A DNA stretch of 64,000 bases from Actinomycetota bacterium (GTDB lineage: Bacteria; Actinomycetota; Acidimicrobiia; Acidimicrobiales; Ilumatobacteraceae): NCBI GenBank assembly GCA_007279905.1, contig QYPH01000010.1, forward strand, positions 978 to 64,977, given 5' to 3'. Below, piece after piece: positions 38,017-48,461 of this stretch. The notes beneath the pieces were generated by a model. That model was not told the DNA's origin, did no database searches, and saw nothing but the letters and a program-made list of their open reading frames with translations. The position numbers and the translations under genes are program-made. Positions within the stretch are counted from its first letter, which is position 1; each line of letters starts with the position of its first letter.

Positions 38017-38427
38017 GTGCAGGCTGTGGCTACATCAACTGTCAATCATTCGGGTCTCACCAACACCTGGCGCACAGTTGCAGTCGTCTCGTGGCTTCTC
38101 GTCTTTTTTGCAATCATTGCTGTTGCAGTTACCAGTCGCAATATTGGCAAGCCAACTTGGTGGCTTGGCCCTCAATCCAATCCGTCGTTCGTCTTATTGT
38201 GGGCTCTTCCGTTTGTAGCACCAATCGCCAGCATCATTGCAGCAATCAAATTTGGACGAGTTGCAAGTTATGTCGGTTTAGGATCAGCACTTCTTCTTGG
38301 TGCCATCGGAGCCGCGGACATCAATGGCACGCCTGGAGTCGCTCTGGTCGAATGCGCTATCGCAGTTTCATCAGCACTCATTGCCATTGCCACATTTGCT
38401 GGTCGCACTACAGTCTCTCGCCTGTAA
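38017..38427 (+). CDS. small integral membrane protein (about 4 TM)
   Basis: The hydrophobic part of ORF 37447..38427 lies beyond the antisense overlap with the GT2 gene. A GTG at 38017 is a plausible start, but the start is uncertain. Confidence 0.45.
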   Translation: MQAVATSTVNHSGLTNTWRTVAVVSWLLVFFAIIAVAVTSRNIGKPTWWLGPQSNPSFVLLWALPFVAPIASIIAAIKFGRVASYVGLGSALLLGAIGAADINGTPGVALVECAIAVSSALIAIATFAGRTTVSRL

Positions 38428-38428
38428 G

Positions 38429-38458
38429 GGCGAGTAAAGGCGAGCAAAGGCGAGTAAA
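38429..38458. repeat. 3 x 10-bp tandem repeat GGCGAG(T/C)AAA
   Basis: Reads ggcgagtaaa ggcgagcaaa ggcgagtaaa, starting 2 nt after the membrane-protein stop and 42 nt upstream of argG. Confidence 0.85.
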
Positions 38459-38472
38459 AGTAGTCGCTGTAG

Positions 38473-39843
<1,371 letters not shown>

Positions 39844-39861
39844 CTCTCGAGTTGTAAGCGA

Positions 39862-41007
39862 CTAGCCGTTTACTAGTGCGCGAGTGATCGCTGCGCCAAG
39901 CGCGGCACGCTCACCCATCTTCGACACGTTGATGTATTCGGTGTCGGCATGCGCACCACCACCACATGCACCAAGTCCGTCAAGAGTCGGTACGCCAATG
40001 GCGGCCGTGAAGTTTCCATCCGAGCCACCGCCCACTGCAATGCCTTGCAAGTCGGTGATGCCAATACCCTCCGCAACACTTTGTGCGACTGCATACAACG
40101 CGGCTGCAGCCGATTCATGCATCGGTGGTCGATTGATCGACCCGCTCACGCTGAGAGTTGCTCCGGCAACCGTTGGCTTGAGCGCTTGCAGTGCTGTTTC
40201 TACGCGAGTCTTTTCAGAAACAACATTGACGCGAACATCAATCGTTATCTGTGCCGCTGCTGGCACCACATTTTCTGTCGTTCCTGCCGTCGCAATAGTT
40301 GGAGTCACGGTGGTGCCTATTTCGGGTTGAGCAATTGCAGCAATCGCTTGCACTTGCGCCGCAAGCTCCATCAGCGCATTGATTCCCTTTTCAGGCTCGA
40401 GCCCTGCGTGCGATGCGCGGCCGGCAATGTCGACAACAAATGTGCCAACACCTTTGCGTGCAATCTTGAGCGCATCGCCATTGCCACTTGGTTCAAACAC
40501 CAGCACATTGCCAGTTGCCTTGGCGCGAGCCTCGATGAGTTCGCGAGAAGCATACGAACCGATCTCTTCATCCGATGTGATCAAAATTTCGGCGTGATAA
40601 GCCTCGCGTATTTCGCTCAATCCATAAATGGCCTGAATGATTCCAGCCTTCATGTCAAAAATGCCTGGGCCACGAGCGATGTCTCCATCAATGCTGAAAC
40701 CGCGTTTCGCAACAGTGCCTTTTGGAAACACGGTGTCGTGGTGACCGACGATCAACACCTTCGTGTCGTCGCTGCCCTTCCAGTGCACATGCGGCCCTTT
40801 ATCGCTCGCAATAATTTGTGGGGCCTTGCCAAGTACTTCGGTCATCACCATTGCCAAAAACTCGGCGCTGCGCTGCAACATCTCTGGCTCATTTGATGGC
40901 GACTCGATGTTGACAAATTGCTTCACGTGCTCGACCATCTGTTCCGTGCGCGCATCCAAGTTGGCGCGCAACTCAGTGGGTGTAGGAGATGCGGTCGTCA
41001 ACGGCAT
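39862..41007 (-). CDS. M20-family metallopeptidase (carboxypeptidase G2-like)
   Basis: VGHHDTVFP, SDEEIGS and a dimerisation-domain pattern typical of M20 peptidases. Confidence 0.85.
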   Translation of the reverse strand: MPLTTASPTPTELRANLDARTEQMVEHVKQFVNIESPSNEPEMLQRSAEFLAMVMTEVLGKAPQIIASDKGPHVHWKGSDDTKVLIVGHHDTVFPKGTVAKRGFSIDGDIARGPGIFDMKAGIIQAIYGLSEIREAYHAEILITSDEEIGSYASRELIEARAKATGNVLVFEPSGNGDALKIARKGVGTFVVDIAGRASHAGLEPEKGINALMELAAQVQAIAAIAQPEIGTTVTPTIATAGTTENVVPAAAQITIDVRVNVVSEKTRVETALQALKPTVAGATLSVSGSINRPPMHESAAAALYAVAQSVAEGIGITDLQGIAVGGGSDGNFTAAIGVPTLDGLGACGGGAHADTEYINVSKMGERAALGAAITRALVNG

Positions 41008-41039
41008 ACATACATTCTACGACGAATATGATTTCATCC

Positions 41040-42413
41040 ATGACCTTTAAGACCATCATTGAGCCGTTCAAGATCCATTCAGTCGCTCCGATCCGAATGA
41101 CAACGCCACAAGAGCGCGAACGGCTTATTGAGCAGGCGGGGTACAACCTCTTTTCGCTGCGCTCTGACGATGTCTTAATTGACTTGCTCACCGATTCAGG
41201 AACCGGTGCGATGAGTCGCAATCAGTGGGCAGCAATCCAACACGGCGACGAATCCTACGCGGGTTCTCCATCGTGGGAAATTTTTCGGAACGCAGTGCAG
41301 AATCTGTTTCCGTTCAAACATGTAATCCCCACACACCAGGGTCGGGCTGCCGAAAAAATCCTTTTCACTGCCATCGGCGGCAGCGGAAAAGTAATCGCCA
41401 ACAACACCCACTTCGACACGACGCGTGCAAATATCGAATACACGGGTGCCGAGGCAGTCGATCTTGTCATTCCCGAAGGTCTCGAGCCAGCAAGCCGTCA
41501 CCCATTTAAGGGCAACATGGATCTGATTGCTCTCGAAAAATTCATCAACACGCGAGGCGTCGAAAACATTCCAGCAGTGATGATCACAATCACAAACAAC
41601 TCAGGCGGAGGTCAGCCTGTGTCATTAGAAAACATTCGTGCAGTGAGTGCAATATGCAAGAAATATGGGCTGCCGTTTTTTCTTGATGCCTGCCGATTTG
41701 CCGAGAACGCTTGGTTCATTCGCGAGCGAGAGGTCGGGCAAGGTGATCGTGATGTTGTCGACATCATTCGCGAAATTGCATCACTCGCTGATGGAATGAC
41801 GATGAGCGCAAAGAAAGATCCACTTGGCAATATCGGCGGATGGCTGGCGATGAATGACGACGAGTTGGCGGTTAATTGCCGCAACTTGCTGATCTTGACT
41901 GAAGGGTTTCCAACGTACGGCGGGTTGGCCGGTCGCGACCTCGAGGCACTCGCTGTCGGACTCACCGAAATCGTTTCGCACGATTATCTGAAGTACCGAA
42001 TCGAGTCGACAGCATATTTGGGCAACGCTCTTGCCAAGGCTGGCATCTCTGTTGTGCAGCCCATCGGTGGCCATGCCGTATACATCGACGCCCGCGCTCT
42101 CTTGCCCCATATTCCGCCACTGCAGTATCCAGGCCAGGCACTTGCAGTTGCCCTGTACAAAGTCGGCGGCATTCGGGGTTGCGAAATCGGCACCGTCATG
42201 TTTGGGCGCAAGCCAGATGGATCGGAAGAACCATCTGCAATGGATCTCGTGCGCTTGGCGATTCCGCGCCGAACGTACACCCAAAGCCACATTGATTATG
42301 TGATCGAAGTGTGCATCGAAGTCGCCAAGAACGCTGCGCAATTACGCGGTTATCGAATCGCGGTTGAGCCAGCTGCCTTGCGCCACTTCACTTCTGTTTT
42401 TGCGCCGCTCTAG
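41040..42413 (+). CDS. beta-eliminating lyase (tryptophanase / tyrosine phenol-lyase family)
   Basis: FKTIIEPFKI..., NLFSLRSDDVLIDLLTDSGTGAMS, and the PLP-lysine region SAKKDPLGNIGG. The ATG at 41040 was chosen. Confidence 0.85.
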   Translation: MTFKTIIEPFKIHSVAPIRMTTPQERERLIEQAGYNLFSLRSDDVLIDLLTDSGTGAMSRNQWAAIQHGDESYAGSPSWEIFRNAVQNLFPFKHVIPTHQGRAAEKILFTAIGGSGKVIANNTHFDTTRANIEYTGAEAVDLVIPEGLEPASRHPFKGNMDLIALEKFINTRGVENIPAVMITITNNSGGGQPVSLENIRAVSAICKKYGLPFFLDACRFAENAWFIREREVGQGDRDVVDIIREIASLADGMTMSAKKDPLGNIGGWLAMNDDELAVNCRNLLILTEGFPTYGGLAGRDLEALAVGLTEIVSHDYLKYRIESTAYLGNALAKAGISVVQPIGGHAVYIDARALLPHIPPLQYPGQALAVALYKVGGIRGCEIGTVMFGRKPDGSEEPSAMDLVRLAIPRRTYTQSHIDYVIEVCIEVAKNAAQLRGYRIAVEPAALRHFTSVFAPL

Positions 42414-42456
42414 AGCGCTGCGTTTTCTGGAAGTGATACAGTAAAAAATAATTGAT

Positions 42457-43059
42457 ATGACGACGAATGAGCACACGTTCACATCCAATCGCATCGAAAC
42501 CTTCAGCGATGGAGTATTTGCGATCATTATCACAATTATGGTGCTCGAGCTTCGCCCACCTGAGGGACACCATCTTTCGGATCTGACTGAACTTTGGCCG
42601 AAGTTTCTGAGCTATCTGCTGAGTTTCGTCTTCCTCATCATCTATTGGAACAATCATCATCACCTAATGAGGACGTTGGAATCTCCAAACGGAAGAGTCA
42701 TGTGGGCAAACTCACATCTCTTGCTCTGGCTGTCACTGCTCCCGTTCGGAACTGCGTGGCTTGGAGAAAGCCATGGCGCAACAGTTCCGACAGCGCTCTA
42801 CGGTTTCTTGCAACTTATGCCCGCGGTCGCATACTTTTTGCTCCAGAAATCAATCATTGGGACACAGGACGCGGATTCGGTGCTGGCGAAGGCAATTGGG
42901 AGCGACTTTAAGGGCAAAATTTCTCCGCTACTTTGTGTCCTTGCAATTATTTTTGCGTTTCTGTTACCCATGGTTTCATATCTACTCTTCGCCGGTCTTG
43001 CAATGCTGTGGGTAGTTCCCGATCGTAGGATTGTGCGCGAGATCAAAAAAGGGACATAG
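42457..43059 (+). CDS. TMEM175/DUF1211-family K+ channel-like membrane protein
   Basis: Signature RIETFSDGVFAIIITIMVLEL at the start of TM1, with a 6-TM layout. Confidence 0.8.
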   Translation: MTTNEHTFTSNRIETFSDGVFAIIITIMVLELRPPEGHHLSDLTELWPKFLSYLLSFVFLIIYWNNHHHLMRTLESPNGRVMWANSHLLLWLSLLPFGTAWLGESHGATVPTALYGFLQLMPAVAYFLLQKSIIGTQDADSVLAKAIGSDFKGKISPLLCVLAIIFAFLLPMVSYLLFAGLAMLWVVPDRRIVREIKKGT

Positions 43060-43088
43060 TTCAAGAACCGGATCTGTTTGCTTACTAG

Positions 43089-43173
43089 TGCCCGGGATCG
43101 GACTCGAACCGATACAGCACTTTCGTGCCAGGGGGGTTTAAGCCCCCCGCGTCTACCATTCCGCCACCTGGGC
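43089..43173 (-). tRNA. tRNA-Leu (anticodon UAA), type II with long variable arm
   Basis: The reverse strand reads GCCCAGGTGGCGGAATGGTAGACGCGGGGGGCTTAAACCCCCCTGGCACGAAAGTGCTGTATCGGTTCGAGTCCGATCCCGGGCA. It has a Leu-type D-loop, anticodon loop CTTAAAC, a 5-bp variable stem and the T-loop GGTTCGAGTCC. There is one A5:C68 mismatch, and CCA is not encoded. Confidence 0.85.
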
Positions 43174-43181
43174 TAGCCGTT

Positions 43182-43625
43182 TTAGGCTACGCGCGTTTGG
43201 GTCTGATCCGACCGCATGGTGGCGCTGGCATCTGCTGTGAAATCTGTAGAAATAAAACCGCGAATTGAAAGAATGGCCCAGAGTGCTGTGCGCACTTGGT
43301 CGGCAATTGGGGCGACGAGGCGATTGACCACGATGACGCCCTCGATCATGTCGCCAAGCACTGCAACAAACGGACGGTCTCGAAGGGCCACTGCCACCAC
43401 CCCACCGTGTTCGCGACGACGCACCGTGCGATCCACTCCAATGACTCGTGGTGGGCTGCGAAAGCTAGGTGCATCGAGCCCAAATCGCTGCGATTCGGCA
43501 TTCAATAAACGCGCTGCAGCGGCAAATTGCATGGTCAATGAACCCGAGCCATTTGCGGTGTTTTCGTTGGTCGCTGCGTTCACAGGGGCATCATGACACA
43601 CCCCTGTGGCACAGTGATTCGACAT
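43182..43625 (-). CDS. hypothetical protein
   Basis: Coding-like C-terminal two-thirds (AARLLNAESQRFGLDAPSFRSPPRVIGVDRTVRR...). The start is uncertain (43625 or 43532); the longer ORF to 43772 overlaps the divergent gene. Confidence 0.5.
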   Translation of the reverse strand: MSNHCATGVCHDAPVNAATNENTANGSGSLTMQFAAAARLLNAESQRFGLDAPSFRSPPRVIGVDRTVRRREHGGVVAVALRDRPFVAVLGDMIEGVIVVNRLVAPIADQVRTALWAILSIRGFISTDFTADASATMRSDQTQTRVA

Positions 43626-44604
43626 GCCAAGTCCATCTACACATTCAGTTATGACGCTTCCGCAGCCGCTCAACCGATCACTGAATCCAATGCAACAACA
43701 CGTTCTTGAGGCACTCGCCAAGCAACCAGAATGGACACCAATTTCGCGAGATGTGATCGAAGGTATTCGCACTCAACTGCATCATGGCCTCGCCGACATC
43801 GCCGAAAAACTTGATCCGCAACGCGCACTATGGGTCAGCAAACACAAACTCACGACGGTGCACGGTTGCGAAGCACATCACATGTCCGGCCTCACCGACT
43901 TTGCGTGGTCGGTCAACAATGTCAAGGGCACCGTGTTACACAAGGCAATTGAGCTGGGTCTCAATTGGCAGGGCGTTGTCATTCCCGCACAGATTGTTGA
44001 TATCGCACTCGATCAACTTGCCGACGATGACATGGCAAGTGCAGGGCCATTCATTGATCAATTATCGCCAAGTGAACGTGCGCAATTGCGCAGCTCAGCA
44101 GTCGACTTGTACACAAAGTTTGACGAAAGTTTTCCGCCTCTCAAAGCATCATGGCGACCGGTGCTCGAGAGCAGTGCACGCTACGAGATGTTTGGTCAAC
44201 GGATCAATCTTTCAACTCGCGCCGACCTCACACTTGGCGCACCGGGTTCAAAAGTAATTGTCGATTTGAAGTCTGGACGTATTCAACAAAGCCATCGCGA
44301 AGAGTTGCGCTTTTACGCACTTGTCGAAGCTATGCGCACAGGTCAAGCACCGCGACGACTTGCCACCTACTCACTTGTCACTGCCCGTCCCGATGTAGAA
44401 GATGTCACCGAAGGTGTGCTTCAAGCAGCGATGCGTAAAACGATTGATGGCATCCATTTGCTTGTCGAGTTGCAACGCGATCGCCGCGAACCAACCACCA
44501 GGCCTGGCTCATCATGCAGTTGGTGTCCGCTTGCGGCATCGTGCGCTGCTGGCATCAAATATTTGGCACAGCGCGATGATCCAGATGCAGTGCTCGACTA
44601 CTAG
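43624..44604 (+). CDS. PD-(D/E)XK (RecB/Cas4-like) nuclease-family protein
   Basis: Core VIVDLKSGR...EELRFYAL (D...D/ExK-like), plus a C-terminal Cys cluster CSWCPLAASC reminiscent of Cas4/AddB iron-sulfur nucleases. The start could be 43624 or 43651. Confidence 0.65.
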   Translation: MPSPSTHSVMTLPQPLNRSLNPMQQHVLEALAKQPEWTPISRDVIEGIRTQLHHGLADIAEKLDPQRALWVSKHKLTTVHGCEAHHMSGLTDFAWSVNNVKGTVLHKAIELGLNWQGVVIPAQIVDIALDQLADDDMASAGPFIDQLSPSERAQLRSSAVDLYTKFDESFPPLKASWRPVLESSARYEMFGQRINLSTRADLTLGAPGSKVIVDLKSGRIQQSHREELRFYALVEAMRTGQAPRRLATYSLVTARPDVEDVTEGVLQAAMRKTIDGIHLLVELQRDRREPTTRPGSSCSWCPLAASCAAGIKYLAQRDDPDAVLDY

Positions 44605-44621
44605 CGCAGTCACCCAACTTT

Positions 44622-45263
44622 TTAGTCTGCATTTTGACCCATCAATGCAAGCGGCACGCCTAACCCAACCGAACTTCTAAAAGTTCCAATCAACTTCCCA
44701 GCCTGCACAGCAGGCTTCGGAATGCTCAGCACGTCTGGACCTACATGGTTTGCAACGGCGTAAATGTCTTTGACGTTTAATACAAAACCCCACAATGAAG
44801 CCGGTCCTGGACGCATTGTTGGCGCAGTAACAATTTCGACCACAACACTTCCCAGTCGATGAAAACCTTGTTGCACATTATTGCCCGCATCTCGCACACG
44901 TTTGAGCGGCGCACCCGTAGCCACAAACAATGCATCTGATGTGCGCATCAAATCTGGGGTATTGATCACCACATGATCTATGCCGATCACACCCAGATCA
45001 AAATCCGGCTGGACACTTGCTGCAAGTTGAGATTCACCAATCTTGTGACTGGTTGCAACGCCATCGATGCTCGATACCGAGACGTCTGCTCCAAGCAAAA
45101 CCCATGAATGCAATCCGGGTTCTAGCGAAGTTTCCAAACGCAACGCAACATCACCGAGTGCAGCGCAGTTACTTACGTCAAACGAGATTCCGATGAGAGC
45201 CCAATTTTGAGCCCCTCCACCAACAACTAGTTCACTTATTCGTGCCTGATCAGAAAGAGGCAC
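44622..45263 (-). CDS. VOC/glyoxalase-like domain protein
   Basis: GIDHVVINTPDL...GFHRLGSVVVEIV resembles a glyoxalase-like domain. Confidence 0.55.
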   Translation of the reverse strand: MPLSDQARISELVVGGGAQNWALIGISFDVSNCAALGDVALRLETSLEPGLHSWVLLGADVSVSSIDGVATSHKIGESQLAASVQPDFDLGVIGIDHVVINTPDLMRTSDALFVATGAPLKRVRDAGNNVQQGFHRLGSVVVEIVTAPTMRPGPASLWGFVLNVKDIYAVANHVGPDVLSIPKPAVQAGKLIGTFRSSVGLGVPLALMGQNAD

Positions 45264-45278
45264 AACAGAAACTTTTGT

Positions 45279-45365
45279 TTAGCCGCGACCCATGTTTGGA
45301 CGCTTGCCGTGGTTGGCCTTCGAGCGGCGCATACGCGCTTTTTTCTTCTTTGTTTTCTTCGACAT
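45279..45365 (-). CDS. 28-aa basic micro-protein, probable ribosomal protein bL37
   Basis: Sequence MSKKTKKKKARMRRSKANHGKRPNMGRG*. The KANHGKRPN core matches my recollection of the actinobacterial bL37 peptide. It is below the size cutoff of the ORF track. Confidence 0.65.
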   Translation of the reverse strand: MSKKTKKKKARMRRSKANHGKRPNMGRG

Positions 45366-45406
45366 AGTCCCGACACGCTATCGGCAGACTTGCCCAATCA
45401 CGCCAT

Positions 45407-46351
45407 TCAGCCCTTAACGACCCAATGTGTCCTGCCATCAGCATGTGAATCTCCGTTCGCCTTAGACCTAGAACAAGTCACCACAGTTGGCACAGATTTG
45501 CCCGTATATGTGTATGCACCCTTTGAGCCTTCCGGCGAACACCACTTTCCCGGTCGATAAAAGTCATTTGTCTGAGTTCCGACCCCGCTCGATACAGGTG
45601 CGTTCGGAGTAATGGAAGTCGATGGTGCGGTAGTCGGCGATGTGAGCATCGTGCCCATCAGCGGTGCTTCAGACCACGGAGCAATCACTAATCCTGCACA
45701 CGACGAGTTGAGCAGGTTCTTGATTCGTCCCCACTCACTTTGATCCATCGACAGGTTCCATCGTGCTTTTATCGAGATCCAATTACCGAGATATGTGCAC
45801 ACATACGGCTTCAATGGTGGCACCCAGTTCGACGGATCCTTTGCGCTTTTTTGCTGATTCACGTTGTCTGTCACTGCCACCAGTGTGCGGCGATCGGTTG
45901 TGTCGTTGGCATACGCAGTACGCGTGGCATCCGACCACGCCCATGCTCCAGAGTCCCAAGCTTCTTTCAACGCAACAACATGGTCGATATCGACATCAGT
46001 AGGGTCTGACCACTTTGCACCGTCATAGGGCGAAACCCAGTCGCCAGCAATCACCTTGCACCGATATGGATCCACTTGAGGCAATGTCACACTGTCGCGC
46101 TTGAGCACTTGCTCACGTGTATCGCATCCATCACCGTCGATATCTATCCAATGTTCAAAGAGTGCGCGCTCGTATCCAGCAGGATGTTCGTTGTCGATCC
46201 GAAGAGTTTGCAAAACACTCAGGCCCGCACCTCCACCCGACTTCACCGAGTTTGATGCCTCTGTTCGACTTGCCGAACCGGTAACAAATGTTGCTCCAAG
46301 GCAAAGCGTCACGGTAAATACTGCGCCGCTTGCAACAATGCGCATCTTCAT
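45407..46351 (-). CDS. secreted DUF1524/HNH-type nuclease
   Basis: Signal peptide; FEHWIDIDGDGCDTREQVL; a His-Me finger-like region DIDHVVALKEAWDSGA...NQQKSAKDP. Confidence 0.7.
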   Translation of the reverse strand: MKMRIVASGAVFTVTLCLGATFVTGSASRTEASNSVKSGGGAGLSVLQTLRIDNEHPAGYERALFEHWIDIDGDGCDTREQVLKRDSVTLPQVDPYRCKVIAGDWVSPYDGAKWSDPTDVDIDHVVALKEAWDSGAWAWSDATRTAYANDTTDRRTLVAVTDNVNQQKSAKDPSNWVPPLKPYVCTYLGNWISIKARWNLSMDQSEWGRIKNLLNSSCAGLVIAPWSEAPLMGTMLTSPTTAPSTSITPNAPVSSGVGTQTNDFYRPGKWCSPEGSKGAYTYTGKSVPTVVTCSRSKANGDSHADGRTHWVVKG

Positions 46352-46356
46352 ACTAT

Positions 46357-46653
46357 TTATTGTACTGAAATCGGATCTTTCGCTTTGCCGACGCCAAAGC
46401 CGCCGACTAACTCTTCGTCATCGATCTCAATAAAAATGCATTCACCCGGACACACTTCGGCTGCTTGCACTACTGCGAGTTGATTGCGTTGCTCCACGAT
46501 TGCAAGACTTCCCGAACTTCCTGGGTCATTAAGCGCAACTCCGCGCTCGGCTACGTAGGCAATGCCGTCCTCAAGTTGCACAAATGCGTCTGGACAACGG
46601 TCGACGCACAGCCCGTCACCTGTACAAAGGTCTTGATCAATCCAAACGCGCAC
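46357..46653 (-). CDS. ferredoxin (single-cluster, actinobacterial type)
   Basis: MRVWIDQDLCTGDGLCVDRCPDAF...VCPGECI. Confidence 0.85.
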   Translation of the reverse strand: MRVWIDQDLCTGDGLCVDRCPDAFVQLEDGIAYVAERGVALNDPGSSGSLAIVEQRNQLAVVQAAEVCPGECIFIEIDDEELVGGFGVGKAKDPISVQ

Positions 46654-46656
46654 GAC

Positions 46657-47046
46657 TCAAACGATAGAGGCAATAAGCAATGCAAGGAGCCCAGCATTGC
46701 GGGTGACATTCGACCAACCAATCGGGCGAGTGGAACGAAAACTAAAACATGCGCACGGCGGGCGCTCACCTGCTGCAAGCCGAGCAACAAGCAGCACCGT
46801 AAACGAGCTCAACAGAATAATCGCTGCGATGCGCACGGGCGTTTCTTGCAGACCCGCAATCAACAAGCCGCCCACAATCAACTCGATGTACGGCACAAAC
46901 GGCACGAAGGGTTGAGCAATTCTCGGTGGTCGAAGTTGCTTTGCTTGCACAAGCCATTCGATACCAGCCAACAATTTCTGGATTCCGGCGAAGATAAAAA
47001 CTACGCCAACAACCGAGGCGCAACCCCAAGCAAAACTAAATTGCAT
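46657..47046 (-). CDS. DoxX/MauE-like membrane protein
   Basis: Four TM helices with a GIQKLL-type first helix. The ATG at 47046 overlaps the end of the flavin reductase gene by 11 nt. Confidence 0.6.
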   Translation of the reverse strand: MQFSFAWGCASVVGVVFIFAGIQKLLAGIEWLVQAKQLRPPRIAQPFVPFVPYIELIVGGLLIAGLQETPVRIAAIILLSSFTVLLVARLAAGERPPCACFSFRSTRPIGWSNVTRNAGLLALLIASIV

Positions 47047-47542
47047 TAAGCGCCACGCCGCCAACTTTGCCCTTATAAAAGACCATCGCGTCATGTGTTG
47101 CTTCGGCTGTATGCAATGACGTCACTTGAGCGAGCACGAATCGATGGTCTCCAGCTGGCGTCACTGATTCAACAGTGCAGTCGATCGATGCCAGGATGCC
47201 AGACAAGATCGGCATGCCATTGGAAGATTGTTGCCACTCAAGACCTTCAAAACGATTAGCCGCCCCGTCGACAGGATCTTTGGCAAATCTCCAGCACAAT
47301 TCGGTTTGAGCATCGCTCAACACATTTGCGCAAAACAAAGTGCCACTTGAGATATCAGGCCAACTACGCGATTTGCCAATAAAGAATCCGACATACGGCG
47401 GATCTAATGACACAGAGACGAATGAGCCGATGGTGACACCAACAGGTTGTGCCTCAGCATCCAATCCAGTCACGATTACAACGCCAGTTGGTAGGTGCCC
47501 GAGCACCTGCCTAAATCGGGCACTATCAAAGTTCGCTGTCAT
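47036..47542 (-). CDS. flavin reductase-family (FMN-binding split barrel) protein
   Basis: FRQVLGHLPTGVVIVTG...VGVTIGSFVSVSLDPP, the typical flavin_Reduct pattern. Confidence 0.85.
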   Translation of the reverse strand: MTANFDSARFRQVLGHLPTGVVIVTGLDAEAQPVGVTIGSFVSVSLDPPYVGFFIGKSRSWPDISSGTLFCANVLSDAQTELCWRFAKDPVDGAANRFEGLEWQQSSNGMPILSGILASIDCTVESVTPAGDHRFVLAQVTSLHTAEATHDAMVFYKGKVGGVALNAI

Positions 47543-47573
47543 TCAAACGATGTTACTCAACTATGGTTTGGCA

Positions 47574-48461
47574 ATGGCCACACCAATTTCGTTAAGCACA
47601 GTCACTGCCAATTCAATTGACTTCACCTATCTCGAATGCGGAACTGGGCCGCTCGCATTGTGCATGCATGGATTTCCCGACTCTGCACACTCGTGGCGAC
47701 ATCTGTTACCAGCACTTGCCGATGCAGGTTTTCATGCAGTTGCTCCATTTATGCGTGGGTATGCACCAACAAGCGTTGCACCAAATGGCGCGTACCAAAC
47801 TGCCGCACTCAGCACTGATGCAAATGCGCTGCATGCAGCACTCGGTGGATCGCATGACGCCGTGATCATTGGGCATGACTGGGGCGCACCAGCCGTCTAT
47901 GGCGCAGCAATCATCGCTCCAAATAATTGGAGCCGTGTTGTTGGCATGGCAGTACCGCCGTGGGGCGCAATTGGCGCAGCATTCTTGGGCAACCTCAAGC
48001 AATTGCAACTCAGTTGGTACATGTTTTTCTTTCAACATGCGTTGAGCGATTTCTTGGTATCGGCTAACAACTTTGCATTTATCGACATGTTGTGGACTCA
48101 GTGGTCACCAGGTTTTGATGCAACAACCGATCTTGCTCATGTCAAAGCGTCTCTCACTGACCCTGCCAACTTGCAAGCAGCGCTTGGTTACTATCGCGCA
48201 GCCCTGGGCTCGGGTTACAAAGACCCTGCCCTCAATGAAGCTCAGACCCTCGCCCAATCCGAGACACCAACGCAACCAGTTCTCTATCTGCACGGTCGTA
48301 ATGACGGCTGTATCGGCGTAGAAGTAGCTGACTATGCCACGAGTGTTGCGCCATCAAATGCCCGAGTCGAAATTGTTGACAACTCTGGTCACTTCATACA
48401 ACTCGAGCAACCAACCGCAGTAAACAAACTGATCATCGATTGGGTGACCGGGCGTGGCTGA
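47574..48461 (+). CDS. alpha/beta hydrolase, epoxide-hydrolase-like
   Basis: HGFPDSAHSWRH, GHDWGA nucleophile elbow, and a C-terminal GHF. The start could be 47550 or 47574. The stop overlaps the next gene's start. Confidence 0.85.
   Translation: MATPISLSTVTANSIDFTYLECGTGPLALCMHGFPDSAHSWRHLLPALADAGFHAVAPFMRGYAPTSVAPNGAYQTAALSTDANALHAALGGSHDAVIIGHDWGAPAVYGAAIIAPNNWSRVVGMAVPPWGAIGAAFLGNLKQLQLSWYMFFFQHALSDFLVSANNFAFIDMLWTQWSPGFDATTDLAHVKASLTDPANLQAALGYYRAALGSGYKDPALNEAQTLAQSETPTQPVLYLHGRNDGCIGVEVADYATSVAPSNARVEIVDNSGHFIQLEQPTAVNKLIIDWVTGRG

Noticed and set aside
43089-43173. A long-variable-arm tRNA, considered as tRNA-Sec because selD and a UGA-containing gene are present.
   Set aside because: The anticodon loop reads CTTAAAC (anticodon UAA). 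The acceptor stem is 7 bp and the D-loop is the classic Leu type, so it is tRNA-Leu.
43060-46351. The region downstream of tRNA-Leu, considered as an integrated mobile element or defence island.
   Set aside because: I saw no integrase, recombinase, direct repeat of the tRNA 3' end or phage genes. It contains a ribosomal micro-protein and ordinary metabolic genes.
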